From Octopus bimaculoides (Eukaryota), in the NCBI RefSeq assembly GCF_001194135.2, contig NC_068984.1, positions 3,970,192 to 4,034,191 on the forward strand: DNA of 64,000 nucleotides, given 5' to 3'. Made by a program: the position numbers and the translations under genes. The notes under the pieces are model-generated. The model had not been told where the DNA came from. It did no database searches and worked only from the letters and a program-made list of their open reading frames with translations. Within the stretch, counting starts at the first letter, position 1. Each line of letters begins with the position of its first letter. Positions 27,101-41,933 of this stretch are shown in pieces.

Positions 27101-28015
27101 TCAATCTAGTATTTCCAGATAACTGGTGTATTTAGTCATTAACTATCACATCAATGCATTTGGTGCACCTAAACCTAATGTACACAGTAGTCAGTAACTC
27201 TGTATATGCATATATTTGCACATATATATATATATCTATATATATATAGTTTTTAATACATCTCACTTGCATTGTAATCTATGTAATATATCTCTTTCTG
27301 TTAAAAAAATCCTTGTGCCAGTTATGTGCATAACAATCATTATTATCGTTTTGTTTCTACTTTCCATACCAGCACAGTTTGGACATTTCAGTAGCATCCA
27401 ATGGATCAGAGAACCATATCTTGCTCCTCTGTCACAGTTTTGGAATGATTTTAATATCTGGATGCTTTTCCTAATGCCAACCACTTCACAGACAATACCA
27501 GGTTTGTTTTCTCATGACACCTGCATTAACAAGTCATTTGGTAATTTGCAAAACTGGAAAGTCTTCTTTAATGAGAGGGAGGATAAGGGATAGAGTGGCT
27601 AACTTTAAGCAAGATGTTGAGAGCTCAAAGTATGATGAGGAGCAGGAATAGGTTTACTGTTTGTGGAGAAGATTTCTGGCTACCTCACATTTTACACGAG
27701 TAGAGAGAGATGGGGCTGCAGGGGCTCAAACAGAGGTAAATATGGTGACGACAAGGTGCCCTGAATGTAACCTCATGGTATAGGAGAGCAATGAATGCAG
27801 ATGAATCAAGAAATGTAGTGGTTAAGACTATAGGAGTGTGGGAGAAGAGTGAGGTGGATATAGACATGGGGTGAATGAGGTAGAGTAACATATATAATTT
27901 TGGGAGTATTGTTTTGTGTTCTTTTGTAAAAGTAGTATTAAAGAAAACACGATTTATTCATATTGTAAATTGAGTAAAGTATAAGAAGTGAAAAAGAAAA
28001 AAGTTTGTGGCACAG

Positions 28016-28156
28016 TTCTTTTACTCTTTTATTGGAGCACCGCCTTTAGTTGAACAAATCGACCCCAGGACTTATTCTTTGTAAGCCTAGAACTTATTCT
28101 ATCGGTCTCTGTTGCCGAACCGCTAAGTTATGGGAATGTAAACACACCAGCATCAA
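28016..28156 (-). mobile_element. 3' half of the 52100-family SINE
   Basis: The reverse complement matches 52340-52500. Confidence 0.85.
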
Positions 28157-28207
28157 GGAGCAAATTTAAAAAGAAAACATAAAAACAATCTTTCTGGAGA
28201 TATAAGT

Positions 28208-28409
28208 GATTTCAAATTTTGGCACAAAGCCAGCAATTTCATGGAAAGGGATAAGTCAAATTACATTGACCCCAGTGTGTAACAGGTACTTATTTTATCA
28301 ACCCTGAAAGGATGAAAGGTAAGCCCAAGCCCAGCAGAATTTAAACTCAGATGGATGAAATGCCATTAAGCCTCTTGCCCAACATGCTAACAGTTCTACC
28401 AGCTCACCT
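28208..28409 (-). mobile_element. SINE, 43975 family
   Basis: The reverse complement begins GGTGAGCTGGTAGAACTGTTAGC and contains CCTTTCATCCTTTCAGGGTTGATAAAATAAGTACC. Confidence 0.8.
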
Positions 28410-28955
28410 TTTTTCAAGAGGTAATATTACTGATGATAGGACTAGATCAATTGGCAAAAGTGGTTAGCTTATTAAGTGACAGTACAAGACTTGACTAGTT
28501 GCAGAAATAACAAGAACAAAAGAAAAGTATGCATGCTGTGTCTACTTTAGTTATTTTATTCTTTCCTTTGTGGAATTCATTTGGCAAGGTGAGGATTAGT
28601 TGTAAGGAAGGAAGCAGGAGAAAAGATGAAGATGAAGAAATAGGGTTAAGGAAAGAAGAAAAAAAAACAAAAAACAAATATACTATTTGAGAAAACAAAA
28701 CAAAAAGACAACAAAGAAATAGATATTTTGTGATGAATCAGATTGTTTTATTACAATAACCATCAGACATAATGGTAAATAATGATCTTGACCAGTCTGT
28801 TATAATTAATAAAAGACAGGTAGAATGTAGTTATTTCCTCTTGCAAACATAAAACAAACAACAACTTCAAAAGAATATCAATTCATAATAATCTGATGTC
28901 ATCTTCCCAATAAATGAAACCATTCAATTATCTTTGGTTGTAGTCATCATCAGTT

Positions 28956-28986
<31 letters not shown>

Positions 28987-29785
28987 CCACCCCTAGTTTC
29001 TCCCTTGGTGTATTTAGAAGAGTCCATTCTGTGGTAACCTTACAGACCAAACCTCAACACTGAGAATAACTCAATGCACAAACTTTCTATTGAAGTAACC
29101 TAAAAGTCTTTAAAGCCCCTACATCTTTCCTAGCACCAGGCTGGAAGACCCCCCAAAAATATTATGGGTGCTGCCCCTCTCATAAAAATAAATAATATTA
29201 ACTCTACAATATCAAGATATCGTAAATCTTTTTAATAAAATTCACATGATGTGAGGTTCAAATTCTGATTTACCTCATCATCATCATCATATGATATCCA
29301 CCTTCCATGCTGGCATGAGTTAGAGTGGTTTGACAAAATCTGGCGAGCCATAAGTTCGTGATGAGGTGAGAGACATTTTATGGCTAAAACATTACTTCTC
29401 TTTTTCAGGTGTTCTTTTTAGAATAGTATATACTAAATATATTGGTAATCATATGCTTGAGGTAAAAAAAAAGGGATTACATGTCGTGTAGAAAAAGAGA
29501 AGAGAGTGGCAGGACAGATAAATGATGGATATATGGACGGTTTCTGATAGGTAAAGAAGAGATAAAGGAGTGAAAGGAAGTTGAGGAAGAAGACCAAGCA
29601 AGATATAGCAAAACTCGATGAAAGCTAATCTCAGGCAGCTGAACCACAAGACAGAGAAACTGTATTAGACAAGACCCATCTAACACATACAAGTAAAAAC
29701 AGATAAATGACGATGATGGTGCTTGTGGTGATGGTGTTGATGATGATGACAAAGTCATGAAAACAAAGATGATGGTAGAGGTGGT

Positions 29786-29816
<31 letters not shown>

Positions 29817-29866
29817 CCATGGTCATGACAACATCGAAGATGATGATGATGGTGATGACGATGATG
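29786..29866. repeat. (GAT)n-rich trinucleotide repeat
   Basis: Direct inspection. Confidence 0.9.
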
Positions 29867-31224
29867 AAGCATATAATGAGATTTTATATTCCCATTCAAA
29901 TCAATTGTGCTCAACAAGTTCATTCTACACACCACAATGGTAAACTAAGAATGGTAGTATTGTTATGCTTATCATTACTGAATTTTGCCATTCTTTTCCA
30001 TAACCAAAACATACTTTGTGTCTAGATCACTGTATCTGATACTGACAAGAGACAACTTAATTAAATTCATGCAATTCTGGCTCTAGAATATAGATTTGTG
30101 GTGAGAAAACCTTTTCGAAATTTACACCAAACAACTATTGTGATGAACTTCTTAAGACAGAATTTGAAACTTGAGCATTTAGTTTCTCTGAAGAGAATTT
30201 AGAATTGAAATAACAAACCTATGAGGATTACAAATACAGGCTGGTACCACATAAAAAGCACTCAAAACACTCTGCAGAGTGGTTGGCATTAGGAAGGGCA
30301 TACAGCCATAGAAACCATACCAAAACAGATGCTTGGAACCTGGAGCAGTCCCCCAGCTTCCCACCTCCTGTCAAACCTTACAAACCCACGCCAGCATGGA
30401 AAACAGACATTAAAATGAAAATGATGAGGAGGCTGTAGAATTTAGATAAGTCACAATAGATTTTTCAAATATTTGAATCCATGCAGCACTACTATGTAAG
30501 GTACATGTTTGCCAGTCCTCAGTCAAATCATTCAACCCATGCCAGCATGGAAAGCAGCCATTAAAGGATGATTATGATGATGCACACATACGTAGAGTTT
30601 GTTTTTGTGTAAAGTTATATATAAAGCAATTAATCATTGAATTAAACACTTATGGAATACTTTTTAGTAGTGTACATAATTATTAATTTTTTCAAGAAAA
30701 AAGCTGACAGTGACATCAGAGTCTCAGCTTATTAGCTAGCTGGACAGACTGATAAGTGTCGGTTCACATCCGACAACAGATCCTACTGAAACTGTTACTG
30801 CTTTTCATTCAGATTGTGTCACTATCATACAAGTAGTTTCATTCTTAACAGTCTGTGAAAACATGCCTGCTCATTGGGAAATAATACCTCGCTTGGAAAC
30901 AGGTGAGGTTTGGCAACAGGAAGAGTATCTGGCTAGAGAAAATCTTCCCCAATAAGCTTTGCCTGATCCATGCAAGCATGAAAAACTGGGTGTTAAAATG
31001 ATGACGATGATTATGATATATACATATAAATAATAATAATAATAATAATCATCCTTTAACATGTTTTCCATGCTGGCATGGGTTGGACAGTTTGACCAGG
31101 GCTGGCAAGGCTGGAGAGCTGCACCAGGTTCCACTCTGATTTGGCTTGGTTTCTATGGTGGATGCCATTCCTAATGCCAACCACTTTATAGTGTGTGCTG
31201 GGTGCTTTTAATGTGGCACTGGAA

Positions 31225-31273
<49 letters not shown>

Positions 31274-34200
31274 AGCAGCGCATTACTTCATAGTCATATT
31301 ATTACAGTATTTGTCCTTATACAGAGCAAGTGTACGCTTAGGAGCTGTAGTAGCAGAAGAAACCTGAACCATCTTTAACCCACTTCACACCACAGACAAT
31401 ATGCTATCACTGATTCTCAATCAGCACTAAAATCCTGCCACACCTTGAATTCACCATTAACTGTTATTAGTAATGACATTGGAGTCAAGAATTTTACCTA
31501 CAAACCACAACAAATATGTCCTGGAAATACTTTTCATTTACAAATATTCGTGCTGGAATTTTTTTTTTTTTTGAATGCTGGAAACTAACTAAGAGGTCTA
31601 TTGGCTTAGTCTCTTTAAAGTATGTATGAATCTTTCTGCTAATGTTCAGCATTTTATGTTTTGTATAAATCAAAATAATCAAATCTTCAAATGATTGAAA
31701 AAGAAGACATTATATAGAAGTTGGCAGCAAAACAGCTGCTTGGATATTGGCAATGAGTGTTGAAGCTGAACACTGAATGGTGACAGAAGGGTTTCATTTC
31801 CTTTCTCTGAAATCAACAGAGTAGAACTGGCTATGACGATAAAGAAATAAGTGTAAACACAAAGCTATGATAACTTCACAAAAGGCTTCAATTATTACAA
31901 ATGACTGGCTTACAAACACAAACACTCATATTCCAACTTAAAATTTGGAAATACGTCAGGAAAAAACAACATCTAACATACCTATCAAAAATATTCCGTA
32001 AAAGGTTGTAATCATACTAAAAAGATTTCTCAAGGCTAATTAAAAATCAGAGGAAATTAAATCAAAGTACTTAAAAAAACTGGTGAAAGAATAGAATACC
32101 AAAGATAAATTTGAAAGAAATGAAAGTGAGCAATGTGAATTCATTTAAGAAATTTTGAATGTAAAAAAAAAAAAAAGAGAAAGGAAAATAAATAATATAA
32201 AGATAAGGAGATGTGTGGCAGCAGCAGGTTTATGATTCTGTTTAATTATTTTAGGATATTAACAGTTATACAAGTAACATGCTAATGTTATAATCAAGGA
32301 CATGGTTTCTGTAGATAAATATAAAATTTTTTTTTTTTTTTAAAACCTAGATTTTAAATTCTGGATTAAATTATATCAAAAAATTAATCTTAAATATATA
32401 ACAAATTGAAAAGACAGAATTTTTTTTTAATGGCTAAATGTAAAAAAATTTTGACTTATAATGAACTCTCTAACAAACAATCATAAAAAAAAGTGGGGGA
32501 GGGGTTATTAATTCATTGATTGAAGTATGAAGAAGGCAAATATTAAGAGACTTATAAGTGACATTTTAGTTGGTGCAAACTAATGAAACATAAAGAAAGC
32601 AATTTGATATAATGAATTTAATTAAATAGTAATTAAAGTGTAAAAAATGTCAAGTATTTAATCAAACAACAAAGCAGGTTAAAATGCTGAAAGAAAATAT
32701 GAAAACCTCTTCATTGACATCAAATCTATCTTTTTCAATATGTCCTAAACATGAATCTGCCACAACTGACACCAATACCAGCAGGGAACACCAAAGTTGT
32801 TGATATTCTGAGAGTCAGTTGTTCAGAAGATAAATAACCATTCAAGCAACAACCCAAATATATGACAGGTACTTGTGGAACACTTTTCTTATTGTGTGTA
32901 GTTACTGAATTCTTTCAACTGGACCTAAACTGGTAATCAGTCCCAACTTAGTCAATGTTGTCTTGCAACCTATTTATAGAAAAGAGGCATCACTGCTCTC
33001 TGCTAGAAACTGTGAAACTATAGCTGATAAAGAATGGGGAAACAAGAGAGAGAGAGAGAGCATTAGTTTGCCATGCCTTCAGGAGATAGGTTAAACTAAT
33101 TTCATATTATAGTGGACTACAGTTTTATCTATTCTTCTGAAACATAACTAACTTTACTCTAAATTTATCTTTTACAATAGACTGTTGTGATTTTCTTCAC
33201 CCTCTGTTCCCGGGGTCTATGTAATAATACTGCTGCAACCTAACGAGCATCATTTCTCAAAAACACTCATTCTTTCGCTTTTATGTTCACTGGTACAACA
33301 CATATTGTTATTTGTGTAACTTATAGAAACAGAAAGTACAGAAATCTGGTGTAATGTTAAAATGTGAATTAAAACAATTTATAATAAAAACAATTGAGGC
33401 AATATCATGCTGACAAAGTTCCTATACAAGACAGGGTCCTGTATAACTTTCCTATCTTTTTTGCTTTATCTGTTGTTCTGTACAAGTAATTTTGACTACC
33501 TTTTCTGTCTTTCTTTACTTGACTTATAACTGCTTTCTGAGCACTCAGTCAGAAAATGGTAAAAAACATTTTCAGACCTGTTGTAATGCACCTCAGCACT
33601 ATATTACAATAAGCTCATCATAATTATTATTAAAAAATACCTTTTTAACATAATTTGTTCATTAAGCAATATTAGCTGCCAATTTAATTTAACAGAGATA
33701 AAAAGTAAGTCTGTAAGTATGGAAAGGTAGATGTAAAATAAAACTGGTTAATGAACAATAATTTTGGTAATAAAAATGATATAAACAACAGATATATTTA
33801 AAAACTAAAAAAAAGAAACGAGTTAAACAGATGACAAAAAAAAAAATGGCAGCACCAACAACTTCTAGCCACAGTAATGGTAAAGAAGATGGACTTAAGT
33901 GTTTCAAGATATTCAAACACAAGGCTTAAAAAAACCTACAGAATCTAGCAAAATATTCTAAAAACATTTTAAAATAATAATTTTTAAAACAAATAAAAGT
34001 AACCGTTTAATCACACAATTGTTGCTTAGCAATTTTATGAATGTCAATATTATTAGTGGAGTAAATGGTTTTACAGTTGGGTTAGTCTTCACTCTATAGA
34101 GTCATCATATCACTAAAGTGTGGTGGCCAAATGATAAACAAATGTGCTTTGCAATCATGAGGTCATGAGTTTGATCCCACTGTGCCATATGCTGAGATAG

Positions 34201-35912
34201 TGTCTATTTGCTAGCATAGTCCCTGCTCTACTGAAACTGATGGAGACAGAAACTACTGAAGGGGCCAACCTTATTACAGACTGCATCACTGATTCTAGTG
34301 AAGGTTAAAAGTACAGGTGTCTGTGAAATACTCAGCCAGTGACACTATAATTCATAAAGTTGGTAGTTTGGTTGATGAAACAACTTGAGGCAAATCCATT
34401 TACTTTTATCATCAGCTGATTCATAGAAACACAATAAAATGATTGTAGCATGGTTTGGATTTTATTTGCATGTTTAGTAGATTAATCATACATGAGATAT
34501 AACTAAAAAAAAAAAAATCCAACAGATGGAAGATGTGATTTTTCAGGGTGATTTAGTTGCTGTTTTTAGCATATTAAGGGAGCATTTTGAAGCCTCCTCA
34601 GGAGCTTATATATTTGTTGGAATAATGTTTGTTACGAACGTCAATGTCTAGTGTTTATTAGGATAATGGTTGATAATGATATTGATACTTACAATTATAA
34701 TAAGCATTTGTAGCATAAATACAAGGTCAGAAATTATATTGAATCAAGAACAGCTTAGCTAAGAGTGACACTCAGAATCCCTAGTATATAACAGGTACTT
34801 ATGAACCTAGACTGTAGAAGGCCATAAGTAAATACAGTCAGGCATTTTGCCCAGCACATTAATCCATCACCCTACTACAACAATAACAACTGATCATTAA
34901 TTCTTCCACTGCAACTCCTACTTTATTCAGGTGCTTTTAGGTTCAGCACTACAATCAATCTCTTTTAATGAATTATAAAAGAGATCTCTCTCTCTCTCTT
35001 TCTCTCTCACACACACACACTACACAATGTAACCATGTCTTAAGTACAATAGTTTTTCTAAGTAGAAAGGATGTAGCCAATTGAGTGAATACCAGGATAT
35101 TTACAAGTGGTTATCAATGTAACAATGAATGATATAAAGTTCACAGTTTGAACTCAGAATTATGAAACCCCATCTAAACATTGAAAATTTTCGAATTTAA
35201 TTCTATATTATTTGTGCCATCTTTACCATTTAGTGAAATTACATACAGTTAAAATTGATTTCATGCTGCTTAATCACACACATACACAAATGTCTTTGTT
35301 CAAAGCATGCCATAAACACAGCAATTTGTAAATAGACAAATTTAATTAATCTAATTATGTTTTCAGAATTGAGGTTGAGTGGTTGGTATAAGGATCACTT
35401 GCTTTAAAAATTCAGGTAAAACTTTTAAATTAGCTGCATGTTGACATGAAAAAATACTAATAATAAAAAAAAAAGACATCACCCATACATGTGCACATGC
35501 AACAAAGCACACACAGACAGAACTCTAGGAAATATCATTAACTACTCAGATTCAAACAAAAACTTGCCCAAATGCCAACACACAAACAATAACACACACA
35601 GACATAAACTCAACACAAACCAACACAACACATGCCTATATGCAACAGGACACACACACATATACACATCTCTCCACACTCAACTTGCAAAACTTTACAA
35701 GTTTGTAAAATTTAGGGAATTTCAAAGAAGCATTAAATACTAAATTATTTTGGGGAGTGGAGTGTATAAAACATTTTAATTCCCTATTGATTAGTTTTAA
35801 TTGATTCACATACAGCAGGGACTATCAAACGTTTCTTCTGGCATAACCCCGCATCATATGAAGAATAGAGTTACAACATGGTTGGATACCATGAAACATA
35901 TATTATATATAT

Positions 35913-35943
35913 NNNNNNNNNNNNNNNNNNNNNNNNNNNNNNN
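35913..35943. other. Assembly gap
   Basis: Run of N next to a (TA)n tract. Confidence 1.
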
Positions 35944-36150
35944 CTCTTAATATTTTTTTTTTCATCATTCTGGGGTCCTTAAATAAAGAACCAGTCAAGA
36001 ACAGGGGTTGACAGAATTGCCTGATCCATTCCATAAGGTTTCTAGTCTTGTGCTTTTCTAAGAAATCAATTCATGTCATTTAAGATTACATTTTTAACTG
36101 AGATGGATGGGTTTGCCTCTTTCTAACAATCAACTCAATTCTAAGTGCAG

Positions 36151-36188
<38 letters not shown>

Positions 36189-37021
36189 CCCCAGAAAATT
36201 TGAAACATTGCGGTTTTGTTAAAAATTATCCTGTATCAAACTGCATCCCCAAGACTGGTCTTTTCCTTCAGACCTCAACAAATACTGATAACGCTCTACA
36301 AAGCCTAGGTGGGTATACAACATCGTGCTGCTGTTCCTGCACATAAAACGGTGTTGCTGATACACATACAGCCATCTTAAACACATAAAAAAAAAAGTCA
36401 TTGATTAACATGAATTCTCCCTAACACACTTAAACCCTTGGTTCACAGATATGCTGTTTTCTCTCTCTACACTTTCTTTTTACTACTACTACTGCTACAG
36501 TGTCCTCCTCAGCTCCCTGGACCTAGATAATGTTTGTACCACTTCTACTTCTTTTCCTTCTCTCATCCCCCATATTCTGTTACCAATATCTCACCAATTT
36601 TATAGGAAGCAGGGTGCTGTGAAGAAAGCCATAGGCACAAACTTCTCAATTTCAAACTAATATACTTGATTACAGTTTACGAGTAAAAATGTTACTGCCA
36701 GCTTTGTTCATTTCATTAATCAATAAAACATAGGGCTGAAGTGGCCAATCAAAGAAGAGTGTCACAATTCAAATGAATGGATGAAGGGTTCAAATTCTAT
36801 GTATTTATTCATTCGTTTATTTGTGATGATGGCATGCTTCAGTTCATTTAGGTAAAGGCAATATAAATACCAAATCTTCAGGGAATGTTACCTGCTGTAA
36901 ACGGAAATTTTATCCGAAAAGAAATTCTTTTTTCAACCATGAAATGCTAAAATCTTCTGTGGCTCATGGAAACAGAATTGTTTTAATCATTAAAACAGTA
37001 GAAATTATAACATTTACTTAC

Positions 37022-37108
37022 CCAACAGCATGTATCAAACTAACATGGATGTTACAGTGCATTTGACAGTGAGAACAGTGAGTACACCAGCAGCAAGTCA
37101 ATAAAATA
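37022..37108 (-). other. Candidate 87-nt exon, coding status unknown
   Basis: Long pyrimidine tract ending CTCTTTCAG| and donor TGG|GTAAGT. One open frame, ILLTCCWCTHCSHCQMHCNIHVSLIHAV. Confidence 0.3.
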
Positions 37109-38219
37109 CTGAAAGAGTGATCAGAGAAGAAAAGAAACCACATCAGCACAAGATATTCCGAAGAAACCTACAACACATGAAAAACAAACTTTGAAAAGAT
37201 TCTCCCACCCTCTTTTTACCAAAATGAATTTAATAGAAAAGTTTTACAAACAGAGCTTTTTTTTTATTGTTTAAATTATTTTTTAAATAACATAATACAA
37301 ATGAATTTTATTGAATAGATTATTTGTTTACATATAGATTTCTCTAATATACAAAATAGTTTCTACAAATAGAAACAAAAATTTAAAAAAATTAAATATA
37401 TACAAACTTAGGTCAAAATTGATTTCAAAAAATATATCAGATCAAAAACAGGAACTTAAGTTTCAGTGAAATACAAGAAAATATCAATGCAACTTAATGA
37501 AAATTCTATATTGATCAAAGATACACAATTGTTTTGTTGCTTTTTTCACTGACAATACAAATAGAAATCAAGTAAAAAATATTAATAAATTATTTCACAA
37601 GGTGATTTATTTTCTGTAATTAACTGATATTTAACAAGGAAATTAATGGATAATTCAAATATTGTTCTCCCACTCTACCCATACATCTATGTATGTATGT
37701 ATGTATGTATGTATGTATGTATGTATGTCCATAAAGAATATTTTTTTTTTTGTTGATGGTATTTTCTAAGTCAGTGAAAGCCTTTAGCTACAACAGTTGC
37801 CATATTTTGAAGATTATAAAAACAAATGCTTAGAAATTATCTTGCTCATATGATCTACATCTCATGCAATTAGGTTTCCAAAGAACTATTTTAAAAAGAA
37901 AAAAATTAAGCTAAGATACACACAAAAAAAATTAATGGAAAAAAAATAAAATGAATTTTAAAAGAAAGTATATGAAAAGTGAAAAAACTGTTCAAAAATA
38001 AGTGTGTTATATGAATTACTTCTATTCAATGAAGGTAGAGATGAGACAATAAAGAAATTAATTCAGATTTTATTATGAATCTGTGTTGTTTTATCAAGGA
38101 TATTGTTTAGAGCTGTTCAAATATTTATAATTCACAATAACTCCTTGTTTCTAGTAGCATTCCAGATAAATCATACAAGTATAATTTTACATATATATAT
38201 ATATATGTAAGTATGTGTG

Positions 38220-38254
<35 letters not shown>

Positions 38255-40099
38255 GTACATGTTTGGGTGTGAAATACAGCATGAAAATATATAAACAAAA
38301 AATTAAGGTACTAAAAACGAAACTAAAATTAAAACCTATTATATTATTATTTTGTTTTTTTTGATATATCAGAATTAAAAATATATATATGATAAAAAGT
38401 TTTCTCTATGACTTTTGATAGTTTTTGGAAATATATTTTCCTTTTGCAATTTTGTTGTTGATTTTATAATTCATTCTATATGTGCTGGGACTCAATCATA
38501 ATTTGAGAAAAAGACAGGAAGATATTTCAAAATGCAATCAAGCAGAACAATAAGGTTCAAAAGATTTTTTCAGTAATAATACAGTATAAAGTTTTGTGTA
38601 TATTTAGAAGTTTATGAAGAAAATTTTATCTATAAACAATATTTTCTGACAAACAAAAATAAAATTTTGCAAACAGTGCAAGTAAGACAATCCACTGGTG
38701 AAGTGGATACGGCATTGGATGACCAGCTGAAAGGTTAACAGCTCATATCTTGTCAAAGGTACAACAAATATTCCTAGTCACAAAGCTTTAACAATCAAAC
38801 AAGTTCATTCTTAAACAGTTGTATCTGGGAATCAACTGAACTGATTACCTATTTTATAATTATTCCAAATTTATTTACTCCATGCAGATCTGACATCGAA
38901 CTTAGATGTTTCACACCCAAACAGGTATACACACACACACACACACACACACATACCTCTAATAAATAAAAGTTCTATTCTGTAAAAGGCTCACCAGAAG
39001 GGGATACAAGAAGAAAACCAGTTAAACATTGAAATTAACTCTTTCTATTGCATCTAAATAATTTTCTGTACACACACACACACAATGTATATATGCAAAT
39101 GTACGCATGTAAGAGAAAGAACTTTTTAAAATGAAATCAAGAGAAATCAAGACAATATATAAATGCACACACACACGTGTGTGTGTGTGAGAGAGAGAGA
39201 TCAGAATCGATATACAGATTACGCTGGGTCATCTTCATCATCAACAACACAATATTAGGTCAGAGTGCACATAAATTTCAATGCCAAACAGTATTGATGG
39301 AATGAAGAGATGCTCAAGTATTTAAGTTAAAAAAACATTAATCAATTTGTCTCCTCAATGTTACTTGTGCAGCTCTCCACAAGACTGCCTTGCCAGTGCA
39401 GTTACACTTTGGCCCAGCAGATGGCCTTACCTTTGCTATCAGCTTAGTCTACCTTTTTCCTTTAACTTTGCTAAAACCTCACTATGGTTTCCTCTGTTGT
39501 CCTTCTCTTTGAAGGTTCAGCATGGTTCATCATAAATCTATGGTATTCATCTAATCTGGAAATACTAAGTACACACACACACGAAATATACTGGAAGGAG
39601 ATAGTTTATCAGGTAAATTAAATATTGACATGAGACAAAGAATAAAATGAGTAAACAATTGTAAACCTGGGTTGATACGAGGAATAAGGTAGAAGCTGAA
39701 TGGGAAGGAGAATATTCATGAGGTAAAACCAACAATTATTGTCTACATTTATTGATTATGAATACTGGGTGAGGCAAGGAAATAGACACATGATAATTCT
39801 TCAAGAGAAGGGACAAAGACGATTTCAATAGTCTAATATATTATTACTGATATTTATTCTATTAGCTCAGAGTGGAAAAAGTTAAAATTAATCTTGAGAT
39901 TTGAACACTGAACTGAAGTGATTGAACTAAATATTTCAAATATAATTAAGGCCATGCTCAACTTTTACAATTAGTTCCATCAGCCTCTAATATAAAGTAA
40001 ACTATGACCATATCTGCTATTAGAATCATGTTAACAATTGCTAAACAAATCTACTGAGACATCAATAAAAAAGATCATCACAATGGAAGATAAACCAAC

Positions 40100-40960
40100 A
40101 ACAATAGATATACAGTTGTATTGGAAGAGCATATGGAAGCAATGTGTAGATGACAATGGAGATGCACAATGGATAAGAAAGGAAATGGAAAATAAAAAAG
40201 AAATACAATAACACCACAAGCATGGCCCTGCATAATTAGTGAGAAATTTACCAATACAATGAAGACCACTAGTTTGGAAGGCTTCCAGGATTAATAAAGA
40301 CCCCAATCTCTTGGTTAAAATTCTCAAGTCATACACATAAATCAGTAACATTCGATGAAATACTACAAAGACTAGAATCAACGCTTGGATAAAGACAAAA
40401 CAATATTACTAGCCCAAAACTGCAAGGACCCTAAAAAATACAGACCAATAACTTGTTTACCAACAACATATAAAGTCCTGTTATCTCTGGTCATCAACAG
40501 ATTGGGTGATCATCTGAACGATAAAGTTATCATAAAAGAAAAGACCAGAAAAGGTGTTGAAACAATATATATATATGGCTGTGCAGAACTACTGGAGACT
40601 CAAGAAAGTGAAACAAAAATCAAAGCATAGTTTGATAACCAAAACTCCTGTGACAGCATATTACACTCCCAGATATTAGAGAGAGTACTGATACTAAGAC
40701 AATATATCAGCTATATCGTATAGAATAAGGATGGGGCAATAACACAGTAAGATGAAGAGAAATCTTTGAGGAAAATTCCTAATTGCTATTATATTTCTTC
40801 TGTCTGATTGCTCAACCACTGGTTGCAAATGTTATGAACAAACTACTAAACCGTTTCATCTATAAGGATGATTTTGGAAAAAAGTACAAACTGGAGAACT
40901 TACCAAATATTGTACAAGGATTCAGCATTGACATCGAAATGTGTAAGGTAGTAGAGAAAT
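40100..40960 (+). mobile_element. Decayed R4/Dong-type non-LTR retrotransposon, reverse-transcriptase region
   Basis: ORF 40385-40630 contains DPKKYRPITCLPTTYKVL. The upstream sequence resembles WKAPG..IPNFWLK. Multiple stops and frameshifts. Confidence 0.75.
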
Positions 40961-41327
40961 GTGCCAAACTTATTCTTTCATCATCATTATTAGTTTAAAG
41001 TTTAATTTTCTATTCTTGCATGGGTCAGACAAGATTACACTAAGGCCAAGTTTTCTATGGCCAAATGTTGTTCCTGTTTCCAAGCAAGATAATTATATCT
41101 ACCTAGTCTTATCAAGCATCAAACCGTTTGGACATGGTTATATGGACAACTAGAGACAAATGACATTGTTTACAAACAACATACGTCAAGTTAAGTCAAC
41201 AAGCCTGAACATGCTTATGCAGCAATCTGCAAGCAAACAATGTTGGTCATAAGAACAGTGGGGCTTTTTTGCTTACAAACAGCGCACGTGTATGAAGATG
41301 AATACAAACTCACTCACACAAATATAT

Positions 41328-41464
<137 letters not shown>

Positions 41465-41933
41465 TAAGCATAACTTGAGAGGTTAAGGAGTTTGCCTCCC
41501 AACTACATGGTTTCACATTCACTCCTAGGCAGCAGCACTTTGGGCAACTGCCCTATACTATCAAGTCAGGCTATCAAAAGCCTTGTTGGGGAATTTAGCA
41601 AAATAGAAACAGAGAACAAAATGTCATGCGCAAATGTGCATGTAGGGGGAGGGATGCAAACTTGCACGTGTGTTTCTGTGCTTACTTAAATTTGTCGCTT
41701 GCATTTTCGAAAGGTACAGCATTCACACAGTGTTTTGTTAGCATTTCTCTAATCAAGACATCATCCCCTTATCTTTGAAGCTTGTAGTATAAAAGATTCC
41801 TCACTTGGAAACAAGAAAGGTTTAGCATCAGGAGCATCATCCAACTGTAAAACAATGCTTTGATAATATATTTGTCTAACCCAAGCTAGCAAGGAAAAAT
41901 TGATGTAAACAAACAAATGACAGTCTTTCTAAG

